Shown: positions 19,933 through 28,707 of the stretch, one piece after another | Layout of the letters: each line of letters opens with the position of its first letter | Numbering within the stretch: the first letter of the stretch is position 1 | DNA from: an uncultured Lachnospiraceae bacterium | GTDB taxonomy: Bacteria; Bacillota; Clostridia; Lachnospirales; Lachnospiraceae | DNA length: 64,000 nucleotides | Reading direction: 5' to 3' | Assembly: GCA_910578645.1 (NCBI GenBank) | Contig: CAJTQI010000009.1 | Span: 32,578 to 96,577, forward strand | Program-made: the position numbers and the translations under genes | The notes under the pieces: model-generated | Seen by the model: only the letters and a program-made list of their open reading frames with translations | Database searches by the model: none | Told to the model about the DNA's origin: nothing

Positions 19933-21345
19933 ATGATGAAGGTTTTTAACACACTGTCGAGAAAAAAAGAAGAGTTTGTACCGTTGCAGGAGGGTAAGGT
20001 CAGCATGTACGTGTGCGGGCCTACCGTATATAATTTAATTCATATCGGTAATGCAAGGCCCATGATTGTGTTTGACACGGCGAGACGCTATATGGAGCAT
20101 AAGGGTTATGAGGTCAATTATGTGTCCAATTTTACGGATGTGGACGACAAGATTATTAAGAAGGCGAATGAAGAGGGCGTGGAGGCTTCCGTGATTTCCG
20201 AGCGTTACATTATGGAGTGTAAGAAAGACATGGAGGCGCTCAACGTGAAATCAGCCACCACACATCCTAAGGCCACCAATGAAATTGGCGGCATGATTGA
20301 GATGATACAGACATTGATTGACAAGGGCCATGCCTATGTGGCTCAGGACGGGACGGTATATTATAAGACGAGGAGTTTTAAAGAATACGGTAAGCTTTCC
20401 CATAAGAACCTGGATGACTTAAGGAGCGGGGAGCGGGCGCTGCTTGTATCCGGCCAGGAACAGAAGCAGGATGCGCTTGACTTCGTGTTGTGGAAGCCCA
20501 AGAAGGAAGGGGAGCCTTATTGGGAGTCTCCCTGGTGCGAGGGGCGTCCGGGGTGGCATATCGAGTGCTCTGTCATGAGCAAAAAATATTTGGGAGATGA
20601 GATTGATATCCATGCAGGCGGCGAGGACTTGATTTTCCCTCACCATGAAAACGAAATTGCACAGTCGGAGGCGGCCAACGGGAAAGAATTTGCAAAGTAC
20701 TGGCTGCATAACGGTTTTTTGAATATTGATAATAAGAAGATGTCCAAGTCGGCAGGCAATTTCTTTACGGTCAGGGACATCAGCGAGAAATATGATTTGC
20801 AGGTGCTGCGCTTCTTTATGCTGTCGGCTCATTACAGAAGCCCGTTGAACTTCAGCGCGGACTTGATGGAGGCGGCAAAAAATGGCTTAGAGCGTATTGT
20901 CACCGGGGTGGATAACCTGAACTTCCTTCTGGAACATGGGGCAAAAGGGGCTATGACGGAAGAAGAACGAAAGCTTGTGGAGACGGCGAAGGGATATATT
21001 GAAAAATTCGATGCGGCCATGGACGATGATTTCAACACGGCGGACGCTATCTCCGCTATTTTCGAGCTGGTGAAATTCGTCAACACCCATGTGTCCGGTG
21101 AGTCTTCCGGCGCTTTCGTGGAGGCGATGAAAGACGAAATTCTGCTGCTGTCGGATATCTGCGGGCTGATTGTTGACAGGAAGAAGGAAATCCTGGATAC
21201 GGAGGTCGAAGGTTTGATTCAGGAAAGGCAGGAGGCCAGAAAGGCGAAGAATTTTGCCAGGGCGGATGAGATAAGGGATATGTTGGCGGCACAGGGCATT
21301 ATTCTGGAAGATACAAGAGAAGGTGTCAAATGGAAGAGAGCGTAA
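19933..21345 (+). CDS. cysS: Cysteine--tRNA ligase
   Basis: YVCGPTVY, HIGN, GRPGWHIECS, KMSKS. Confidence 0.97.
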   Translation: MMKVFNTLSRKKEEFVPLQEGKVSMYVCGPTVYNLIHIGNARPMIVFDTARRYMEHKGYEVNYVSNFTDVDDKIIKKANEEGVEASVISERYIMECKKDMEALNVKSATTHPKATNEIGGMIEMIQTLIDKGHAYVAQDGTVYYKTRSFKEYGKLSHKNLDDLRSGERALLVSGQEQKQDALDFVLWKPKKEGEPYWESPWCEGRPGWHIECSVMSKKYLGDEIDIHAGGEDLIFPHHENEIAQSEAANGKEFAKYWLHNGFLNIDNKKMSKSAGNFFTVRDISEKYDLQVLRFFMLSAHYRSPLNFSADLMEAAKNGLERIVTGVDNLNFLLEHGAKGAMTEEERKLVETAKGYIEKFDAAMDDDFNTADAISAIFELVKFVNTHVSGESSGAFVEAMKDEILLLSDICGLIVDRKKEILDTEVEGLIQERQEARKAKNFARADEIRDMLAAQGIILEDTREGVKWKRA

Positions 21346-21770
21346 CAATTCTGGAGGCGGTCAGGGAGACCTTTTCCTGCGGCGGCGTGGATATCAGGAG
21401 CTATTCACCGCTGACGCTTGCTTATATCGGGGATTCTATTTATGATTTGGTCATACGCACGGTGGTGGTGGAGCGGGGGAACCGTTCCGCCAACAACCTG
21501 CACAAGAAGACCGTTTCTTACGTGAATGCACGTGTGCAGGCAAGAATGATAGACGCCCTTGAGGATGAGATGACGGAGGAAGAGGCGGCAGTTTACCACC
21601 GTGGGCGCAACGCCAAGTCCTATACCGGAGCCAAAAACGCTTCCATTATAGAGTACCGCAAGGCAACCGGATTGGAAGCGCTTTGTGGTTATCTTTATTT
21701 ACAGGGACAACAGGAGCGGATGTTGTATTTGATTAAGGAAGGCATAAGCAGAGTCGGCATGGAGATATAG
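21330..21770 (+). CDS. mrnC: Mini-ribonuclease III
   Basis: LAYIGDSIY, RGRNA, YRKATGLEALCGYL; conserved position after cysS. Confidence 0.93.
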   Translation: MEESVTILEAVRETFSCGGVDIRSYSPLTLAYIGDSIYDLVIRTVVVERGNRSANNLHKKTVSYVNARVQARMIDALEDEMTEEEAAVYHRGRNAKSYTGAKNASIIEYRKATGLEALCGYLYLQGQQERMLYLIKEGISRVGMEI

Positions 21771-21938
21771 CACTGTATTCATATGCTTGGGATGGATTAG
21801 GATAAAGCCTGCTTGTGCTACATAGGCAGTATTGCATGCTATACAGGGCTATGCAAGAGGGTATATCCGGTGAAGGGATTACCCGGGATGCAAGACAAGT
21901 GTGGTCCTATACAGACAGAAAGGGATACGGTATCACAT

Positions 21939-22679
21939 ATGGGATACAATGAATTTACGATAGAGGGACGCAACGCCGTGTTGGAGGCGCTGCGCGCAGG
22001 CAGGCCAGTGGACAAGTTGTTCATACTGGATGGCTGTAAAGACGGGCCTGTTATGAGCATCAAGAGAGAGGCGTCGAAACGTAGCTGTATGGTCAAGTAT
22101 GTGGACAAAGAGCGTTTGGACCAGATTTCGGAGACGGGCAAGCACCAGGGAGTTATCGCCTATGTGGCGGCTTATGCCTATGCAGAGGTGGAGGATATTC
22201 TGGAAAAAGCGAGGGAGCGGGAGGAAGCGCCTTTTATCTTCCTGCTTGACAATATCGAGGACCCACATAATCTGGGCGCGATTATACGGACTGCCAACCT
22301 GGCGGGGGCGCATGGCGTCATTATTCCCAAAAACCGCGCGGTGGGCCTGACGGCCACTGTGGCGAAGGCCTCTGCGGGGGCAATCAATTACACGCCGGTG
22401 GCGAAGGTGACGAATCTGGGACAGACCATTGAAGAACTGAAAAAAGAAGGCATGTGGTTTGTCTGTGCGGATATGGACGGAACACCGATGTACAGCCTGG
22501 ATTTGAAAGGTCCCATCGGCATGGTAATCGGCAGCGAAGGTTCCGGCGTGGGTCGGTTAGTGAAAGAAAAGTGTGATTTTACGGCAGCGATACCGATGAA
22601 GGGTGATATTGATTCCCTCAACGCATCGGTGGCGGCAGGGGTGTTGGCGTATGAGATTGTCAGGCAGAGGATGCAGTAG
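21939..22679 (+). CDS. rlmB: 23S rRNA (guanosine-2'-O)-methyltransferase, TrmH/SPOUT family
   Basis: HQGV, DPHNLGAIIRT, GSEG.G, SLNASVA; start moved to ATG 21939. Confidence 0.93.
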   Translation: MGYNEFTIEGRNAVLEALRAGRPVDKLFILDGCKDGPVMSIKREASKRSCMVKYVDKERLDQISETGKHQGVIAYVAAYAYAEVEDILEKAREREEAPFIFLLDNIEDPHNLGAIIRTANLAGAHGVIIPKNRAVGLTATVAKASAGAINYTPVAKVTNLGQTIEELKKEGMWFVCADMDGTPMYSLDLKGPIGMVIGSEGSGVGRLVKEKCDFTAAIPMKGDIDSLNASVAAGVLAYEIVRQRMQ

Positions 22680-22691
22680 CAGGCGGAACAG

Positions 22692-24113
22692 ATGAAAAAG
22701 TTAAATGAGATTTTGGTGGTAATCATTTTTATACTGACTGCAGTTCTGGCAGCGGCGGCAGGGCTTAAGGCGTATGACATCTATGATACGGACAGGCGTA
22801 TTGCCAAAGAGCAGGAGGAGATTGAGCTGGCTCAGCTTTTTGCCCGGAATGAGGAGGCGCAGAACCGTGTACTGGAGATGGAAGCGGAGATTCAGGAGTT
22901 GGCCGAGGACAAGGAAGCCCTGGCGAGATTTATCGCACAAATACAGAGCGAGGAACTGGCGGAGCTGATAGACGAGTCGGAAGAGGCCGCGGAATCTATT
23001 ATTGGTGACGGTACAGTGTCCGGTAATGGGACAGTTTTTGGCGATGGTACGGTATCCGGGAACATTTTATGGCCTGACGGGACAGTATCGGGGAATGGTA
23101 CGGTGTCCGGTAATGCCACGGTATCCGGCAATGGGACTGTCTCAGGTAATACGGTGTCCGGCAATGCGATAGGAAGCGTATCCGGCAATCGTGGGGAAAT
23201 CAATTACTATGACGGGACTATGACGGATAACAGCATTTTCGATGCGTGGCGCGGCATTTATGAACAGCCGGATAATATGTCCCTGGCGGCGCGCAGGCTT
23301 CTTCGCACTTCCTTGCAGGAGACGTTGGAGGTAAACCAGGCGGACAGGGAGCGGATTGCGGAGAATAAGCAGGACTTTACGGGGATGAAGATTGCCTGTC
23401 TGGGCGACAGCATTACGGCAGCGGCTAATCTGGACAAGGAAGACAATTACCAGCAGTATTCCTATCCGGCTAGGTTGAAAGAACTGCTTGGCGCTGAGGA
23501 AGTCTATAACCTGGGCATCGGCGGCTCGTCCATCGGCAGATATTGGGCGGACGCTTACGTGGAGCGTTATCAGGAAATTCCGGAGGATGTGGATGCGATT
23601 ATCGTTATGGGCGGCACCAACGACGGGTTCTGCGTTTCCAATAAGGAATTTGGCAGTTTAGAGGAGCGGGCGTACAGGACGTTCTGCGGCGATTTGGACG
23701 AATTGATGCGGGGGCTTAAGGAAAATTATCCTGATGCGGAGATTTTCTTTGCCACGCCCTTACCTAATATATTGCAGGATTATCTGATGAAAGAGCGGGA
23801 TTATCTTCTGCCACAGCAGAAGTTTGTGGATGTTATCCTGTCGTTGGCAGGGGAATACGGCTTCCAGGTAATTGACTTATATAATTCAAACATTCTGGAT
23901 TCCCATGACGCCAACGTGGTGGCAGAGTATATACCGGACGGTGTGCACGGTAATCATGAAGGATATCAGATTATTGCGGAGCATTTTGCATCGCAGTTGA
24001 TACAGCATTACGAGGAAAAGAAAGAAGCGGATACCGTATCCGGGAATGATATGGATGAAGAGAGCGTATCTGAGAACGGCACGGAGGAAGAATCCGGAGA
24101 TAACGTATCATAA
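22692..24113 (+). CDS. Membrane-anchored SGNH/GDSL hydrolase with coiled coil and TVSGNG repeats
   Basis: N-terminal TM helix, coiled coil, repeat tract, SGNH blocks GDS, GIGG, GTND, DGVH. Confidence 0.85.
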   Translation: MKKLNEILVVIIFILTAVLAAAAGLKAYDIYDTDRRIAKEQEEIELAQLFARNEEAQNRVLEMEAEIQELAEDKEALARFIAQIQSEELAELIDESEEAAESIIGDGTVSGNGTVFGDGTVSGNILWPDGTVSGNGTVSGNATVSGNGTVSGNTVSGNAIGSVSGNRGEINYYDGTMTDNSIFDAWRGIYEQPDNMSLAARRLLRTSLQETLEVNQADRERIAENKQDFTGMKIACLGDSITAAANLDKEDNYQQYSYPARLKELLGAEEVYNLGIGGSSIGRYWADAYVERYQEIPEDVDAIIVMGGTNDGFCVSNKEFGSLEERAYRTFCGDLDELMRGLKENYPDAEIFFATPLPNILQDYLMKERDYLLPQQKFVDVILSLAGEYGFQVIDLYNSNILDSHDANVVAEYIPDGVHGNHEGYQIIAEHFASQLIQHYEEKKEADTVSGNDMDEESVSENGTEEESGDNVS

Positions 24114-24194
24114 GTTTATTTGTTCACTGAGGGTAATCTGGTTGGCTGGATATGTCAGTGTCAGGTGAACAGTAGAAAGCGGAAGACCACATAT

Positions 24195-24812
24195 ATGGAC
24201 AGAGACTATGGACAGTACAGTGATGAGGAATTAATTATCCGCCTGCGGGACGGCGAGGGCAGCATCACGGAATATCTTATGAATAAGTATAAGAATCTGG
24301 TAAGAAGTAAGGCCAAGTCCATGTACCTGCTCGGTGCGGACAATGACGACTTAATCCAGGAAGGGATGATTGGATTGTTCAAGGCGCTGCGGGATTATGA
24401 TAGCGGCAGAGATGCAAGTTTTTTGACTTTTGCTGATTTGTGTGTGTCCAGGCAGATGTATACGGCGGTGCAGGCGTCCAGGAGGCAGAAACATATTCCG
24501 TTAAATACTTATGTGTCGCTTTATGGCAGCGCGGGCAAGGACCATGACGGGGAAGAGGAAGAATTGGTCAATGTCCTTGCCGCCCGCGCAGGACAAAGCC
24601 CTGAGGATATGGTGATAGACAAAGAGAATGTGGTACAGTTGGAGCAGACAATTGACAGAGAGTTGAGCAGTTTTGAAAAGCAGGTGCTTGACTTGTACGT
24701 GATTGGGATGGGGTATCAGCAGATTGCCAAGGTTCTGGGGCGGGATGAGAAATCCACGGACAATGCCTTACAGAGAATTAAAACAAAATTGAAAAAAGTG
24801 ATAACAGCTTGA
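24195..24812 (+). CDS. sigH: RNA polymerase sigma factor SigH
   Basis: KYKNLV..YLLGAD.DDLIQEGMIGL, RQKHIPLN.Y, KSTDNALQR; conserved position after rlmB; start moved to ATG 24195. Confidence 0.88.
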   Translation: MDRDYGQYSDEELIIRLRDGEGSITEYLMNKYKNLVRSKAKSMYLLGADNDDLIQEGMIGLFKALRDYDSGRDASFLTFADLCVSRQMYTAVQASRRQKHIPLNTYVSLYGSAGKDHDGEEEELVNVLAARAGQSPEDMVIDKENVVQLEQTIDRELSSFEKQVLDLYVIGMGYQQIAKVLGRDEKSTDNALQRIKTKLKKVITA

Positions 24813-24874
24813 CAAAGGGTATTTATCTGTGTTATACTGCAAGACGGTGAATATAGATAATATATCGCATATAT

Positions 24875-24947
24875 GCTGCTGTGGCTCAGTCGGTAGAGCG
24901 TCGCATTGGTAGTGCGGAGGTCACGGGTCCGATTCCCGTCAGCAGCT
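24875..24947 (+). tRNA. tRNA-Thr(GGT)
   Basis: Cloverleaf: GCTGCTG/CAGCAGC acceptor, GCTC/GAGC D-stem, TCGCA-TTGGTAG-TGCGG anticodon arm, ACGGG/CCCGT T-stem; CCA not encoded. Confidence 0.95.
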
Positions 24948-24952
24948 CTGAG

Positions 24953-24979
24953 AAAACCTTGATTATTCAGGGTTTTTTT
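24953..24979 (+). terminator. Terminator after tRNA-Thr
   Basis: AAAACCTTGA-TTAT-TCAGGGTTTTTTT. Confidence 0.7.
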
Positions 24980-25569
24980 GTTGTCTAAAAGTAAAAGGTA
25001 ATCAAAAAAGCAATCTAACATATGTTCGATTCAAAAGATTCACAGGAAAGGAAAATTCTGTACATCGTGACAATAAAATATGTTGTTAGGACATTTAATC
25101 AAGCCCTTTATCAGTCAAATTTACGTGATTGATAGAGGCTATTTATGTGGTTTAACGATGCTAATACTCCATGACCAATTCTAAAACGCATGTATGAGCC
25201 CCACAGAGCGTCATAGAGGCATTTTAGGTATGACATGTAACATTATTATATTCATAATTCTACGTAACTGAGAACACGGATTTCATAGTGATTTCAATAT
25301 CATAAAACAGAAAGGATGAAACCCGTAAGACAGAGCATATGCACAGAATCAGTATGGTATCGGATGTTGAGAGTTATTTGCTACGAGAGCATAAAGTGTT
25401 GCAAAGACCGAATTTCAACTTTAAGGATAAAGAATTTCAGACTGCTAAGATTATCTTACAGACAGTCAAAACTATCATAAAGATTGGATTAGGAAGAACA
25501 GGGATGCCGAAACATCCCTATTCTCTAAACTGCCATTTGAAAACCAAAAGAGGATAGCCATTTTTCTGT

Positions 25570-25653
25570 CTACTTACGGTTGTTGTGATTATCTGTGTAA
25601 GCTAAAGCGGCAAATACCACTAAGAGCAATGCCAAAACTTCTAACGTGTCCAT
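25570..25653 (-). CDS. Small hydrophobic peptide, candidate type I toxin (holin-like toxin type)
   Basis: MDTLEVLALLLVVFAALAYTDNHNNRK*; SD AAAGGGG locked in a hairpin; downstream hairpin at 25500-25519. Confidence 0.6.
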   Translation of the reverse strand: MDTLEVLALLLVVFAALAYTDNHNNRK

Positions 25654-25913
25654 AGCCCCTTTCCGTTTCCGAAAAGGGCAACAGAGGAACTATCCCCAGA
25701 CTGTCTAAAGTCAGTATTCCTACTATTGTTTTATATTGAAAAGAGGTATATGCCAATAAGTTTTAATACTGAATTGATATAAGTAGGATTTGATACTTTG
25801 ATGATTTTGAGCAAAAGAAAGCCTTGCCAAATCAATAGACTTTATACCTCGGTTGTGGTATACTTACATTGTAGCAGTCAATAGAGCCATAATATGAAAG
25901 CAGGTGATTATAT

Positions 25914-26096
25914 ATGACTGAAAAAGAAATGATAAAAGTAGTTATCGAAGAATTTTCAAGACTTCAAAGTTATATGCTTGCATCTGAAAAAGACTCAAAC
26001 GGTTATAAACTCATGAAAGATAGATACATTGAATTGAAAGTTATTTTAACTTCTTTCGGCATCAATCTTACAGAAATTGACAAAATCAAAGAGTAA
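25914..26096 (+). CDS. Hypothetical protein (60 aa)
   Basis: Promoter TAGACT-17-TATACT with TGn extension (25836-25864), GCAGGTGA RBS, compact helical-looking ORF. Confidence 0.7.
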   Translation: MTEKEMIKVVIEEFSRLQSYMLASEKDSNGYKLMKDRYIELKVILTSFGINLTEIDKIKE

Positions 26097-26136
26097 GTAA
26101 CAATCAAATATCACACAGTCCACGGTGTAAAGTCTA

Positions 26137-26200
26137 TTGAAATAAGGCTACCGCAATCCCAATGGCTTTAGACGGTGGGATTGCGGTAGCCTTATTTCAA
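26137..26200. repeat. Perfect 25-bp inverted repeat (probable bidirectional terminator)
   Basis: TTGAAATAAGGCTACCGCAATCCCA-N14-TGGGATTGCGGTAGCCTTATTTCAA. Confidence 0.85.
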
Positions 26201-26216
26201 AGGTTTCCTGTTTAAA

Positions 26217-26429
26217 GTGATAGCCAAAGATAATATAAAATCTGCAATCATTGTCTCAAGTGTAACCTTTGGCATAGGGCATTTGGTAAATTTATTCAAC
26301 GGCAACGGCATGGATTTGGTAAACAATTTGTGTCAAATTTGTTTTGTGATTCCAATAGGATTCTTGCTTGTAACGGTATTTTATCGTGACGGGAGTTTGC
26401 CCCTGCATGATTACCCATTCTGCTACTAA
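26217..26429 (+). pseudogene. Fragment of a CPBP (CAAX/Abi) intramembrane protease
   Basis: SAIIVSSVTFGIGHLVN carries the FxxxH motif; the EExxxR N-terminal part is missing and the C-terminus looks frameshifted. Confidence 0.6.
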
Positions 26430-26441
26430 CTTTCTTTAGAT

Positions 26442-26915
26442 TTATACTAACTCGAGCACACCTAAATACGGTTCGAAATAGATAACATAATTATCAATAG
26501 TGGCGCTTATGCCATATTTACTCTTATAATACTGCAATGCTTCAAGCAGAAAATTTTCTGTCACTTCTAAATACTCAGCAGTATCATTTAAGGAATAGCA
26601 TCCGTGCTTATATGAGTTCACAATTCCATTCAGGCCTATCATTTTATTATAAGCCCAAGCCCTTGCTCTCAGTTCTTGTTTTTTGTCTGAGGTTGTGGCG
26701 TTCATAGTTATATTTCCGACGGTTGTGTGGTAGTGTCCTAATTCTTCAGCCAGTACACATGCCCTTTTTTTGCTTGTGCATATCTTTTTGTTAATCCCGA
26801 TTACATTTCCATTAATAAGTCCGTCCGATTTTGAACGAAATTTCGCATTCTCAATAACAAAAACGTCATTTGATGTGCATTCTTCCAATAAATCTTCGTA
26901 TTTCAATTTAACCAC
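26442..26915 (-). CDS. ImmA/IrrE-family metallopeptidase (anti-repressor)
   Basis: CVLAEELGHY..KQELRARAWA; directly downstream of the repressor. Confidence 0.85.
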   Translation of the reverse strand: MVKLKYEDLLEECTSNDVFVIENAKFRSKSDGLINGNVIGINKKICTSKKRACVLAEELGHYHTTVGNITMNATTSDKKQELRARAWAYNKMIGLNGIVNSYKHGCYSLNDTAEYLEVTENFLLEALQYYKSKYGISATIDNYVIYFEPYLGVLELV

Positions 26916-26946
26916 CTCAAAGTATATTATAAAGGTTTGATGTCCA

Positions 26947-27825
26947 TTAATCCGGTCTTTTAAGGTTAGAAAGGTCTTCCTGTATTTTTTCTAATTCTCC
27001 TATTTCGTTTTCATAGTCGTTGCGTGCGGCTTTTGGTGTAAGATAGTCAGGCGCATCTTTCTTAGTATACCTGGGAATCTCCGTCAACTCCATTACCCTC
27101 TTTGTAGCTTCATGCCTTCCGATGTCGTTGAGCTGGTCATAATACAGGATAATTTTTTCTTGCCGATTATGGATTATAGCATTCTCATTTGAAGCGTCCG
27201 TCAGAGATACTGGTACATTGTAAATAGATTGTCCATCTTTTATTCCATCCATTGTTCCATAATCAGCAATTAGTTTTTGACAAAGTTCGTCGTCAAGATG
27301 TTTTTTATATTTTTCATTATTTAACATCATTGCAACATATTTTTCAAATGTAACGTGTTTTGGATTAAAATCACTGTACTCTACACTTTGGGAAAACAAA
27401 CACCTAAGAACCATAATGGCGGCGCAATATTTTTCTTTAATGGGCAGATTGATATTTTGGCTGATACTTCTGTTTTTTGCTTTCATTTTTTCGTTAATAG
27501 AATGATTACACAACAGTTCTCCAAATATTAATGAGCCTTGTTTCCACTTCTCATGGCATTCTTCGTGCATTTTAACGTCTTTTTTGTTTGTAGAATCATA
27601 TGTTAATCCACAATCCGTGCAAGTTACAATATCGCTTTTCCATTCGTCTAAATATTCTATCAATGTATCGAGATAATCTGCAATTTTTATTAATTTTTCT
27701 GTATTCGGTTTGCTTCTTCCACTTTTCCAGTCAGAAAATGTCGACTGTGGTATTCCGGTTGCTTTCGATACATCAGAGTCTTTTACACCCTTTTTATCTC
27801 TAAATTTGCAATATAGTTCATACAT
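26947..27825 (-). CDS. XRE-family phage repressor with extended C-terminal region
   Basis: MYELYCKFRDKKG..DVSKATGIPQSTFSDWKSGRSKP..KIADY HTH; start moved to ATG 27825 behind GAGGTGAAGGT. Confidence 0.85.
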   Translation of the reverse strand: MYELYCKFRDKKGVKDSDVSKATGIPQSTFSDWKSGRSKPNTEKLIKIADYLDTLIEYLDEWKSDIVTCTDCGLTYDSTNKKDVKMHEECHEKWKQGSLIFGELLCNHSINEKMKAKNRSISQNINLPIKEKYCAAIMVLRCLFSQSVEYSDFNPKHVTFEKYVAMMLNNEKYKKHLDDELCQKLIADYGTMDGIKDGQSIYNVPVSLTDASNENAIIHNRQEKIILYYDQLNDIGRHEATKRVMELTEIPRYTKKDAPDYLTPKAARNDYENEIGELEKIQEDLSNLKRPD

Positions 27826-27840
27826 ACCTTCACCTCGTTT

Positions 27841-27996
27841 TTCGGAAATCATAAATCTACGCTTGACAAATAAGGAAAACACAAGTATAATCAATATAAA
27901 ATTCGGAAATCCTAAATCTGAACAACTTAGCATATGACTGGTTTTGCTTTTATTGTAAAGGATTTCCGAAGTTGTGTCAATTTAAAATTCGGAAAG
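27841..27996. promoter_or_regulatory. Phage genetic switch: face-to-face promoters and repeated operators
   Basis: TTGACA-17-TATAAT on + (27863-27891); TTGACA-17-TACAAT on - (27980-27952); TTCGGAAA motifs near 27841, 27902, 27963(-) and 27988. Confidence 0.8.
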
Positions 27997-28005
27997 GAGA
28001 AAAAT

Positions 28006-28146
28006 ATGTATGAGAAGTATGTTGTCTCAAAACTCAATCTGCATTTTTTGATTGGAAAAATAAAAGAAAATTGCTCATTTATTGGGCAAACTAAGCAGAT
28101 GGGCTTGTTTAATACGGATGGTGGTGAAAATAGTGCAAAAGCATGA
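28006..28146 (+). pseudogene. Remnant of a cro-like HTH gene
   Basis: GAAAGGAG RBS and MYEKYV start mirroring the repressor N-terminus, then no HTH. Confidence 0.45.
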
Positions 28147-28507
28147 AATCATAGGTCGGATAATGCTTAAATATGCAGGCAGAGCGCCTATAACCAAAAG
28201 AGAAATATCGGTATTGTATGATGAGGCTTTGGCGAGGGGGTATCATTCATCATTTATCTATGCAGGGTTAAAAACTGTAATATGTAAGAAGTATCTTCGG
28301 GAAGAGTATATTCCACCAAATAATAATACGGCAGACGAACCTTTAGATGAAAGTCGTTATATTGAGGATTGGGAATTTAGAGATAGTCTTACATTACGTG
28401 AGTTCACAGAAGCTGGTGGAGAATATTGTTTAGACGGGATAAGTGCAGTGATTGGATTACCGGTACATAAGGGAAGGAATGGACAAGCTTCTTGCATGGA
28501 TGGATGA
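28133..28507 (+). CDS. Hypothetical protein (prophage remnant)
   Basis: Open frame; probable GTG start behind GGTGGTG. Confidence 0.5.
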   Translation: MQKHEIIGRIMLKYAGRAPITKREISVLYDEALARGYHSSFIYAGLKTVICKKYLREEYIPPNNNTADEPLDESRYIEDWEFRDSLTLREFTEAGGEYCLDGISAVIGLPVHKGRNGQASCMDG

Positions 28508-28698
28508 AAATCACGACGGAAACAAAAATAGTAAAAAGTCGGGGAATGAGAATCCATAGCCTTAACGGCCGTTCATATACAGCCAGGGACATGAAGATTA
28601 TGAAGGCGTCAAAGATTAGGTCACTGGTTGATGAATTAGGCTATCGTATAAACGGGTTATGCAAGACAGGAATAATGAAAGGGTTTTTGGTACGGTAG
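28504..28698 (+). CDS. Small basic hypothetical protein
   Basis: ATGA overlap with the previous stop; 64 aa. Confidence 0.4.
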   Translation: MKITTETKIVKSRGMRIHSLNGRSYTARDMKIMKASKIRSLVDELGYRINGLCKTGIMKGFLVR

Positions 28699-28707
28699 GA
28701 GGCTAAA

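Noticed and set aside
24921..24940. Aberrant T-loop (TCCGATT instead of TTCGATT) as a sign of a tRNA pseudogene
   Set aside because: All stems pair, a promoter and terminator are present, and the same TCCGATT is preserved in the att duplicate
25339..25557. 72-aa ORF in the island
   Set aside because: No clear RBS or motif; runs through the hairpin and putative antitoxin region
27934..28005. Upstream extension of the 27934-28146 ORF as a real gene
   Set aside because: Overlaps the promoters and operators; the strong RBS points to ATG 28006
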